Part shown: piece after piece, positions 24,582-32,000 of the stretch
Position numbering within the stretch: position 1 is the first letter of the stretch
Layout of the letters: every line of letters starts with the position of its first letter
NCBI RefSeq assembly: GCF_009831105.1
Contig: NZ_WUUQ01000003.1
Span: 60,001 to 92,000 of the forward strand
From: Copranaerobaculum intestinale
GTDB taxonomy: Bacteria; Bacillota_I; Bacilli_A; Erysipelotrichales; Erysipelotrichaceae
Direction: 5' to 3'
DNA length: 32,000 nucleotides
Notes under the pieces: generated by a model
Databases searched by the model: none
The model's input: only the letters and a program-made list of their open reading frames with translations
Told to the model about the DNA's origin: nothing
Made by a program: the position numbers and the translations under genes

Positions 24582-25508
24582 ATGAATTATCAAATAGCGA
24601 GAAATTTTGTATATAGAAATGCCAGACCACTTGATATTGCCAGATGGAAATTTTTGTTTGAAAATGGCAGTCAGGAAGATGTTTTAAAAGCTTTAGCTGA
24701 ATATCAAAATGAAGATGGCGGTTTTGCTCATGCTTTAGAACCGGACAGTTGGAATCCCAATTCTTCCCCGATACAAACATGGGTTGCCACCGAAATCATC
24801 AGTGAGATCAAATTAAAAAATAAGAATCACCCGATTATACAAGGTATATTACGATATTTAGGATCAGGTGATAATTTTGATGGCCATACATGGTTTAATA
24901 CGATCACTTCCAATAATGATTATCCGCATGCTGCTTGGTGGGATTATCAGCCAACCCAGAGCGTGCCTTATAACCCAACTGCTAGCTTGATCGGTTTTCT
25001 ATTAACATTCACCGAGGTAAGCGATCCGCTCTATTCGTTGGCTTGCCGGCTTGCTAAAGAGGCATATCTTTATTTTAAACAGATATTTCCTACCGATTCG
25101 ATGTCTACTGCTACTTGTTTTGTAAATCTATATGAATATTTAAAAGAAGCAGCTATTCGGGATTTGATTGATATGCAGGAATTTTGTTCATTATTACAAC
25201 AGCAGATTACATATATGATTGAATATGATACAGAAAAATGGAAAACAGAATATATCTGTAAGCAGTCACAATTTATAAAGACGAAAAGCAGTGAGTTTTA
25301 TATGATGAATAAAGATATATGTGAATTTGAGTGTGAATTCATTTCCAATAATCAAAATAGTGATGGAACGTGGAATATCAATTGGACATGGGATCGTTAT
25401 CCGGAAGAATGGCACATCAGTAAAAACTGGTGGAAATCTGATTGGATCATTAAGAATATAAAATTTTATCAGGAATTTTGTTCAGACAGTATCAATATTC
25501 ATGAATGA
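24582..25508 (+). CDS. Hypothetical protein with QW-type motifs (terpene-cyclase/prenyltransferase-like alpha/alpha-toroid suspected)
   Basis: Contains 'YQNEDGGFAHALEPD' and 'NQNSDGTWNINW' (Q-x-x-D-G-x-F/W) and is rich in Trp/Tyr. The start at 24582 lies 9 nt after AAGGG. The in-frame ATG at 24573 is an alternative. Confidence 0.6.
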   Translation: MNYQIARNFVYRNARPLDIARWKFLFENGSQEDVLKALAEYQNEDGGFAHALEPDSWNPNSSPIQTWVATEIISEIKLKNKNHPIIQGILRYLGSGDNFDGHTWFNTITSNNDYPHAAWWDYQPTQSVPYNPTASLIGFLLTFTEVSDPLYSLACRLAKEAYLYFKQIFPTDSMSTATCFVNLYEYLKEAAIRDLIDMQEFCSLLQQQITYMIEYDTEKWKTEYICKQSQFIKTKSSEFYMMNKDICEFECEFISNNQNSDGTWNINWTWDRYPEEWHISKNWWKSDWIIKNIKFYQEFCSDSINIHE

Positions 25509-25937
25509 CATTCAAAAGGATGAACACGTCAGAACATGTCCTACACTTGTATAGGGCTAAGTAATGATATCTAGGTAAGACTACAGACTGAAATTGACGA
25601 TTTAAATTCGCTTAATCTGATGAAGGATGCCATAAAATTATCTGTATAGTATATCAATTATTTCCGTTTTCTGTTACTTATAACACTCCTGATAGCTTGT
25701 TTGTAATCTCCACATCATCCTTTTATAGTAGTGCTTTGTTAAATTTGCATTATTTAGGTAAGCATAACATTATTTCTAAACCGTATCTTTATTTATAATG
25801 TGTAAGTAAAAAAATTATCATAATTAAAAAAATGCTTTATATAAATTTTGTTAATTGTTTTCAGCCTTTTAATATATTATAATGTAATCACATATAATTA
25901 AGGTCTGTATATCGAACAGATATACCGGAGGATAGAA

Positions 25938-28178
25938 ATGAAGGAGCATATCTATAATAATAAAAAACAAAAACGGTTTTTATTAGTGTTTTTATTTGCA
26001 ATCATTATCATTATTGGGGCGGTTTCTGTATTCATTCGGGTGCAAGGTAATCATATGCTTGAGGATGACGTTGATAATTACCTTGAGGAAATTTCTTTAC
26101 AAACTTCCTATAAAATTAACCAGAGAATTTTGTTTAACCAAAATTCTCTTTCGTATATTGCGGACAACTTAGATTTAATATCCGATGTTGAAGGTGTAAT
26201 AGATAATGTTACTTCAGATAGTCCGTTTGAATGGATAGGGTTTATTGATAAAAATGAAGTCCTTCATGTGAAAAATCACGATGACATAGATATTTCTTTA
26301 TTACCCTTTATTAATGATGTGCGAATGAACAAAAAAAGTGTGAGCGGGAAATTATTGAAACTTGACGATGAAGAAGGAGTATTATATACCTCACCGATTT
26401 CAGGTCATTCAAATTATACGACGATTGCCGGATATGTTCCGGTTTCTAAAATGAAATTATTATTAAACACAGATACTTTTAAGGGTATCGGATTTTCCCA
26501 CGTCATTGATGAAGATGGTAATTATATATTGCATTCCGGCAATAAAAATGCATTGTTAAAAGATGATAATTTGTTTCAAGATATGCAGAAAAATACAAAA
26601 ATAGAGAAAGGTAAAAATATTGAGATAGTCAAAGCGGAAATTGCGGACGGAAAAAAAGGAAGTTTGAAATTCGAAATAGGCAATGAGACTAGGGCAATTA
26701 CCTATATGCCGATTCCAGATTCATCATGGTATTTAATTTCAATCGTACCGCCGGATATACAAACTGCCCAGCTGAAAGAAGGAATTAATTTTGCGATCCT
26801 TTTGATTGCTGGTACAACCATTTTTTTATCTGCAGTTTATCTTCTAATTACGCTTAGAATTTCTAATAATAAAAATCGAGAAATATCGAAAATTGCTTAT
26901 GTTGACCCGGTTACAGAAGGGAGCACACGGGCAAAGTTTATGCTGGATTCTAAAAACATTTTCTCGCTTCGTCAGCCCTTTTCATTTCTTATTTTAGATA
27001 TAAAGGGATTTAAACTCATAAATGACTCTTTTGGCAGTAAGCAAGGTGATAAAGTTCTCAAGCATGTTTATGATTGTATCCTGAAAAATCTTCATGAAGG
27101 TGAATATGCCTGCCGTGATAATGATGATAATTTTGATATTCTTATTAAGCGAGCCGATAAAACAGAAATAAGCAGATTTATTTCTGTTGTTGCGAATGAT
27201 ATCAATCAATTTAACGATAAAAAGAGCTCTCCGTATTATATAAATATTGAATGCGGCTGCTATGTCACAGAAGAACAGGAAACCTCCATAGTTAAACTAA
27301 AAGATTTTGCAAATACAGCGCGTAAAAACAATCAGGAAAAAGAAAAACATTTCTTATGGTCGAATGTATTTTATAATGATGTCATTCGTGTAAAAATGCG
27401 GAAAGAAAAAGAAATGAAGGATTCCATGGAAAGTGCATTAAATAATGATGAATTCTCTGTTTACTTACAACCTAAAGTAAGTTTAGAAAACGGAAATGTA
27501 GTTGGTGCTGAGGCTTTGGTACGTTGGATCAGACCGAATAAAGAAATGATTTATCCGGATGAATTCATACCGTTATTTGAAAAAACCGGTTTTATAATAA
27601 AGTTGGATTTGTATGTATTTGAGAAGGTTTGTCAAACCTTACGTAAATGGATCGATGAAAACCGATATATTATTCCAATATCGGTTAATTTATCAAGAAA
27701 TCATCTTCATTTTAAGGATTTTCTAAAGGAATATAAAAAAATACAAGAACAATATCGAATACCGAGTGAATATATAGAATTAGAAATCACGGAAACGGTT
27801 GTATTTGAGAATTTACAAATTCTAAAAGGGGTTATTGATGAAATACATGCGATGGGCTATCGCTGTTCCATGGATGATTTTGGAAGTGGTTATTCATCAT
27901 TAAACGTTCTGAAAGAAATCCCTGTTGATATTTTAAAAATTGACCGCATTTTCTTTAATTGTGAACAGACGGATCGAGGGGATAAAATCATTCAGTCGGT
28001 TATCGGATTAGCAAAAAAGCTGACGATTGATACGGTTGCGGAAGGTGTTGAAACAATCCCTCAAGTCGAACAGCTGAAAGAAATGGCGTGTGATATTGTT
28101 CAAGGATATGTATTTGATAAACCGATGCCTATCAGTGATTTTGAAAGTAAATATAAAGATAACCCTAAATTGTTTTAA
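25938..28178 (+). CDS. Membrane sensor protein: extracytoplasmic Cache-like domain, degenerate GGDEF domain, EAL domain (c-di-GMP phosphodiesterase type)
   Basis: Two TM segments ('FLLVFLFAIIIIIGAVSVFI', 'INFAILLIAGTTIFLSAVYLLITL') flank about 250 aa. The GGDEF position reads 'RDNDDNF'. EAL-domain residues are intact: 'EALVRW', 'ISVNLS', 'LEITET', 'DDFGSGYSS', 'LKIDR', 'VAEGVET', 'QGYVF'. Confidence 0.9.
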   Translation: MKEHIYNNKKQKRFLLVFLFAIIIIIGAVSVFIRVQGNHMLEDDVDNYLEEISLQTSYKINQRILFNQNSLSYIADNLDLISDVEGVIDNVTSDSPFEWIGFIDKNEVLHVKNHDDIDISLLPFINDVRMNKKSVSGKLLKLDDEEGVLYTSPISGHSNYTTIAGYVPVSKMKLLLNTDTFKGIGFSHVIDEDGNYILHSGNKNALLKDDNLFQDMQKNTKIEKGKNIEIVKAEIADGKKGSLKFEIGNETRAITYMPIPDSSWYLISIVPPDIQTAQLKEGINFAILLIAGTTIFLSAVYLLITLRISNNKNREISKIAYVDPVTEGSTRAKFMLDSKNIFSLRQPFSFLILDIKGFKLINDSFGSKQGDKVLKHVYDCILKNLHEGEYACRDNDDNFDILIKRADKTEISRFISVVANDINQFNDKKSSPYYINIECGCYVTEEQETSIVKLKDFANTARKNNQEKEKHFLWSNVFYNDVIRVKMRKEKEMKDSMESALNNDEFSVYLQPKVSLENGNVVGAEALVRWIRPNKEMIYPDEFIPLFEKTGFIIKLDLYVFEKVCQTLRKWIDENRYIIPISVNLSRNHLHFKDFLKEYKKIQEQYRIPSEYIELEITETVVFENLQILKGVIDEIHAMGYRCSMDDFGSGYSSLNVLKEIPVDILKIDRIFFNCEQTDRGDKIIQSVIGLAKKLTIDTVAEGVETIPQVEQLKEMACDIVQGYVFDKPMPISDFESKYKDNPKLF

Positions 28179-28273
28179 GGTATCAATGATTTTCTATGGG
28201 TTTTGTTTATTCTTTATTGCCTGTTTGATCAGGCGGTGTTTATATGAATTAATAAAAATTTAATTCCCAATAT

Positions 28274-28295
28274 GCCCTGTTTTACAGGGCTTTTT
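28274..28295 (+). terminator. Rho-independent terminator
   Basis: GCCCTG (28274-28279), loop TTTTA, CAGGGC (28285-28290), then TTTTT. Confidence 0.7.
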
Positions 28296-28549
28296 AAATT
28301 CAGAAGCATTTAGAATATAATATAAAGGCTATTAACATAAACGATCAAGCTGATGTGAAGTCTTGAATATAGTTTCTTGTTTTTTCTCCTGTTGAAGCGC
28401 GGTTTGTACGGCTTAATATAGGTTAAGTATTCCTGTCTGCTAAATATGAAGTTTGTAATTGTAAAAGAAGAATTATGACATAAAAATCGGTCATTCAATT
28501 TTTTATAAGATTTTGCTAGAGGACAGCAGAAAAATGTAAAACTAGGTAC

Positions 28550-28577
28550 TGGATAGAATAATGATTTGTGTTATAAT
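28550..28577 (+). promoter_or_regulatory. Extended -10 promoter abutting the yhhQ-tgt start codon
   Basis: TGGATA (28550-28555), a 16-nt spacer, then TGT-TATAAT (28569-28577). The ATG at 28584 lies 7 nt after the -10, and no SD-like purine run lies between them. Confidence 0.45.
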
Positions 28578-28583
28578 ATCTCC

Positions 28584-30431
28584 ATGACAAATTTTAAACA
28601 GAAAATGCTTATTTACTTTACCGCTTTATCAGCGGGAGTCTTATTAATTTCAAATCTCGCAGCTGTTAAGCTGTGGGACTTTTTTGGTGTAGCGGTGGAT
28701 GGCGGTGTTGTTGTTTTTGCCATAACTTATATCGTCGGAGATCTGATCGTTGAATTTTATGGTAAGAAAACTGCCAATAATATCATTCTTGCAGGCTTTT
28801 TAGTCAATATCATCGCTATTCTTGCCTTCTACATAGTGATTGCTTTACCAGCATACCCAGGCTGGGATATGCAGAGTGCTTATGCTCGTGTTCTGGGATT
28901 TACTCCGCGTATTATCATTGGATCTTTGGTTGCTTATGTGTGCTCCAACCTGTTTAATAACTATATTTTCACTAAAATGAAGAACAGCAAGGGGATCTTT
29001 TCCTCGAGCTTTATAGCCCGGGCACTCGGCTCATCAGCATTTGCCCATATTATCGATTCCGGTATTTTTGAAACGATTGCATTTATCGGGGTATTGCCTT
29101 TTCATGAGTTTTTGGCGCAAGCGGGATTTGCTTATCTATTGGGAATCGGATTTGAAATTGTCCTGTCTCCACTAGAAGCTATCATTGCCAGAAAGCTGCG
29201 GTTGAAAATGAAAGATTATAAGAATAACAATACCTTCTCTTTTGAAATAACAAAACGTATTCCCGGTAAGCTTGGGCGAGCGGGAATCATTCACACTCCC
29301 CATGGTGATATCAAGACCCCGGCCTTTATGTCAGTAGGGACGAAAGGGGAAGTCCGTTTTGTGCCTATGGATGATTTAAAGAATATTCATGCCCAGGCAA
29401 TGTTAAGCAATGGCTATCATCTTCGTAATATCTCTTATGAAATCGAAAAGCAGGGCGGTCTGGCGGAATGGTCAGGATGGAATGGCCCAACGCTCACTGA
29501 TTCAGGAGGATTTCAGGTGATGTCACTTGGTTCCGGATGCGGGAAAGTCGTAAGCATGGATCGGGAAAAGAACGTTGTGAATGCTGATCCTAAGGATCGT
29601 TTGGCCCATGTAAGTGAAGACGGTGTTCAGTTTCATGATCCCTTTACGGATCAGGATGATTTTATCGGTCCGGAAGAATCTATGCAGATTCAGTGCCGAA
29701 TCGGTGCTGATATCCATATGGCTTACGATGAATTGACTTCACTTGCAGACAGCTATGAATACAATGTGGAAGCGTTGGAGCGTACTGAACGCTGGGCTGA
29801 ACGCAGTATCAAGGAACATAAAAAGCACTGCGATAAGCTCGGTTATCACCAGTCGCTATACGGTGTTCTGCAAGGTGGCCGCTGGGAAGATCTGCGTCGT
29901 TCAACAGCCAAGAAGATGGCAAAGATGGATTTCGACGGCTATGGTCTTGGCGGAGCCTTCCTAAAGGAAAATCTCGGTGAAATCTTAAAATGGTGCTGTG
30001 AAGAGCTTCCGGAAAATAAGCCGCGTCATCTGCTGGGACTTTCTCACCCGGATGATATTTTAATCGGTATAGAAATGGGAGCGGATACCTTCGATTGTGT
30101 AGCGCCCACGCGAGAAGCAAGGCACGGCAAGATCTATACGAAATATGGAAATTTCAATCTGAATAAATTTGCGGACAGTAGTGAGAAGCTGGATGATACT
30201 TGTGACTGTCCGACCTGCAGAGCTGGATGGACGCGCGGCAAGCTGCGCGCTCTTATGAAATCGCAGGACAACGCCGAGCGTCAGATTTATTATAATTTAG
30301 CTTCCCAGCACAACCTGCGCTTCATCATCCGATTAACGGAGGAAGCAAGGGAAGCGGTTATCCAAGGTAATTTCGAAGCATACCGTGACGAATTTCTTTT
30401 AAATTATTATGGTAGGAAATCAGAAACATAA
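28584..30431 (+). CDS. Fusion protein: YhhQ/VUT-family 7-deazapurine (queuosine-precursor) transporter domain + tRNA-guanine transglycosylase (TGT) domain
   Basis: The N-terminal ~205 aa are polytopic and carry 'ITYIVGDLIVEFYG' (VUT/DUF165 hallmark). The linker is 'KLRLKMKDYKNNNT'. From nt 29235 there is a complete TGT fold: 'TPAFMSVGT', 'LTDSGGFQV', 'AYDEL', 'GGAFLKE', 'KPRHLLG', 'FDCVAPTR', and Zn site 'CDCPTC...H'. Confidence 0.85.
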   Translation: MTNFKQKMLIYFTALSAGVLLISNLAAVKLWDFFGVAVDGGVVVFAITYIVGDLIVEFYGKKTANNIILAGFLVNIIAILAFYIVIALPAYPGWDMQSAYARVLGFTPRIIIGSLVAYVCSNLFNNYIFTKMKNSKGIFSSSFIARALGSSAFAHIIDSGIFETIAFIGVLPFHEFLAQAGFAYLLGIGFEIVLSPLEAIIARKLRLKMKDYKNNNTFSFEITKRIPGKLGRAGIIHTPHGDIKTPAFMSVGTKGEVRFVPMDDLKNIHAQAMLSNGYHLRNISYEIEKQGGLAEWSGWNGPTLTDSGGFQVMSLGSGCGKVVSMDREKNVVNADPKDRLAHVSEDGVQFHDPFTDQDDFIGPEESMQIQCRIGADIHMAYDELTSLADSYEYNVEALERTERWAERSIKEHKKHCDKLGYHQSLYGVLQGGRWEDLRRSTAKKMAKMDFDGYGLGGAFLKENLGEILKWCCEELPENKPRHLLGLSHPDDILIGIEMGADTFDCVAPTREARHGKIYTKYGNFNLNKFADSSEKLDDTCDCPTCRAGWTRGKLRALMKSQDNAERQIYYNLASQHNLRFIIRLTEEAREAVIQGNFEAYRDEFLLNYYGRKSET

Positions 30432-30454
30432 TCCTGCCAAAATCATGACAATCT

Positions 30455-30485
30455 AAGTCCTGAATGAAAGGACTTTTTCTTTTTC
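30455..30485 (+). terminator. Rho-independent terminator of the fusion gene
   Basis: AAGTCCT (30455-30461) pairs with AGGACTT (30469-30475), followed by TTTTCTTTTTC. Confidence 0.65.
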
Positions 30486-30625
30486 TGTTTAATAATTTAC
30501 CAGATCGCAATAAATAAGTGATTGCAAGCAATTTTACCGAATCAGCTGCCCTATACATTTTTATGAAAAAGATGTAAAATGATTTTAATTACAATCTGCA
30601 GATAAATAGTAATTAAGGGGTATTT

Positions 30626-32000
30626 TATGAAGCAGAAATACAGCATAATGATATATATGTGTATTTGGACGGTGGCAATCATTCTATTGGTTTTTTCATT
30701 GAATCAAAATGCCGGCTATGCCAAGGTTATTAATTACAGTGGAATCGTGCGGGGCGGAACTCAGAAGCTTGTCAAAGAAGAGCTGCATGGTGTTCATGAT
30801 GAAAAGCTGCTGGATCATTTGGATACGATCATGATTGAACTGCAAACCGGCAAAGGACCTAATGGACTGATGAAAATTGATAATACCGCATATCAGAATC
30901 AACTGACTGAGATGGCGGCTATTTGGAATGAAATGAAGCAGAATATTCAGAAAATGGATGATCCGCAGGCTGCGCTCAGACTTTATGAGCTAAGTCAGGA
31001 TTATTTTGACAAAGCCGATGAAATGGTCAATACCGCACAGCATGTATCGGATCAGAAATTAATTCAATCAACGCTTCTATTTCTTTCTTTTATTATCATA
31101 ACAAGTTCATCATTCATTTTCTGGTACCGTTCTAAACAGAAAGAAATCAGAAAAGTCATGTATATTGATAAACTGACAAGGCTGCCGAATCGTACCGCCT
31201 TTGAACTCGGCGTACAACGGTTGATTGCAACACATAAGCAGAAGTATGTACTGCTCTATTTTGATATTGATGATTTTAAGTATCTGAATGGTACCTATGG
31301 ATATACGTGTGGTGATCAAATTTTGATCGGAGTAGCTGATGCAATGGTTGAATTTATACAGAATCGCGGTGTCTGTGCAAGGGATAACAGCGACTGCTTC
31401 TTTCTTTTAGCTGAATTTGAAGAAACCATTGTGGATCAGCTTCAGAATATTATGAAACAAATGGTCAAGCAAAAAATTGAGTTAGATATTGCCGATGATC
31501 TGAGTTTTACATTCGGAGCTTATGAAGTAAAGAATGAGGTACCGATACAGGATATGATTGACAACGTAATATTAGCTCATAAAAATGCCAAAGCTCTTGG
31601 CAGAGGTAATATTATTTGGTATAACCAAGAACTCTTAAACCGACTGCTTCAGGAGAGTCTCTTTATAAAGCAAATGCATACAGCCCTGAAACAAAATGAA
31701 TTTCGGCTTTACTTACAGCCCAAATTTGAAATAGATACACTGAAGATCACAGGTGCGGAATCTTTGATGCGGTGGCACATGCAGGATGGACGTATTATAT
31801 ATCCGGATACGTTTATTTCTTTGTTTGAGAAAAACGGCTATATATACGATTTAGATTTTTATATGCTGGAGCGCACTTGTGAATTTCTACAGCGAAACCA
31901 ATGCTTTGATTTCACAATTTCTGTCAATTTTTCACGAGTATCTATTCATCACAAGGATTTTTATGAACATTTACACGCTGTGATCAACGCCTATCAAATA
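30626..32000 (+). CDS. Sensor protein with N-terminal helical (PilJ/NIT-like) domain, degenerate GGDEF and EAL domains; 3' partial (runs off window; absent from the ORF track because it has no stop)
   Basis: ATG at 30626 lies 6 nt after AAGGGG, and the frame is open to nt 32000. Motifs: 'INYSGIVRGGTQKLVKEEL'; TM 'LLFLSFIIITSSSFIFW'; the GGDEF position reads 'RDNSDCF'; EAL region 'LYLQPKFE...AESLMRW...ISVNFSR'. Confidence 0.85.

Noticed and set aside
25904-25925. A small palindrome, GTATATC-gaaca-GATATAC, between the -10 candidates and the RBS of the first GGDEF/EAL gene, considered as a possible operator.
   Set aside because: It is a 7-bp AT-rich palindrome in AT-rich DNA and is easily explained by chance. 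No second copy occurs elsewhere in the window.
28310-28498. A 62-aa minus-strand ORF in the intergenic region upstream of the fusion gene. Similar AT-rich short ORFs occur at 23112-23327, 23619-23822, 24580-24780, 26994-27209, 30358-30558, 30696-30902 and 31110-31319.
   Set aside because: These are low-complexity Ile/Asn/Lys/Phe-rich translations without an RBS. Most are antisense to genuine genes, which is expected by chance in AT-rich sequence.
28500-28560. Possible preQ1 riboswitch upstream of the yhhQ-tgt fusion. The stretch 'CUAGAGGACAGCAGAAAAAUGUAAAACUAGG' has an AGAGG start and an A-rich ...AAAACUAGG tail reminiscent of preQ1-I.
   Set aside because: The required P1 hairpin (AGAGG...CCUCU) is absent, and only a 4-bp CUAG/CUAG pairing is possible. 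The element would also lie upstream of, not downstream of, the best promoter. An Infernal scan is needed to be certain.

Overview
The window has two compositionally distinct parts.

**(1) Positions 1 to ~22,520: the right-hand portion of an integrative conjugative element (ICE) of the Firmicutes type.** It is visibly GC-richer than the rest of the window, and its left end lies outside the window. In order, it contains:
- The C-terminal SNF2-helicase part of a giant ICE protein.
- A DUF3848/3849-like gene, mobC and two small genes.
- A lower-GC, oppositely oriented AlbA_2/Schlafen-like ATPase gene inserted between mobC and the relaxase gene.
- The relaxase gene.
- A roughly 9-kb cargo block.
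- A regulatory and recombination module: a sigma-70 region-4-like gene, two small coupled ORFs, an Xis-like HTH gene, and two tandem paralogous tyrosine integrases.

The cargo block (about 8.9-18.3 kb) contains:
- An XRE regulator and a truncated second mobC.
- An MptD/Trep_Strep-type ECF transporter: S component, EcfT and a fused double ATPase.
- An AraC regulator.
- A heterodimeric ABC half-transporter pair of about YbtPQ/IrtAB size.
- A compact MntR/DtxR-type metalloregulator.

I read this cargo as a mobile metal or metallophore transport module.

**(2) Positions ~22,560 to 32,000: AT-rich, presumably chromosomal DNA.** It contains:
- Two diverged copies of a roughly 300-bp intergenic module. 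Each has a terminator-bearing repeat and an extended -10 promoter. Together they bracket 1.8 kb of decaying or accessory genes.
- A QW-motif toroid-like orphan gene.
- Two paralogous sensor proteins with a degenerate GGDEF domain and an EAL domain.
- Between those two, a single ORF that fuses a YhhQ/VUT 7-deazapurine transporter domain to a complete but pocket-divergent tRNA-guanine transglycosylase (Tgt) domain.

I recognised no rRNA, tRNA or CRISPR array. All functional calls come from motif reading by eye; no database search was run.
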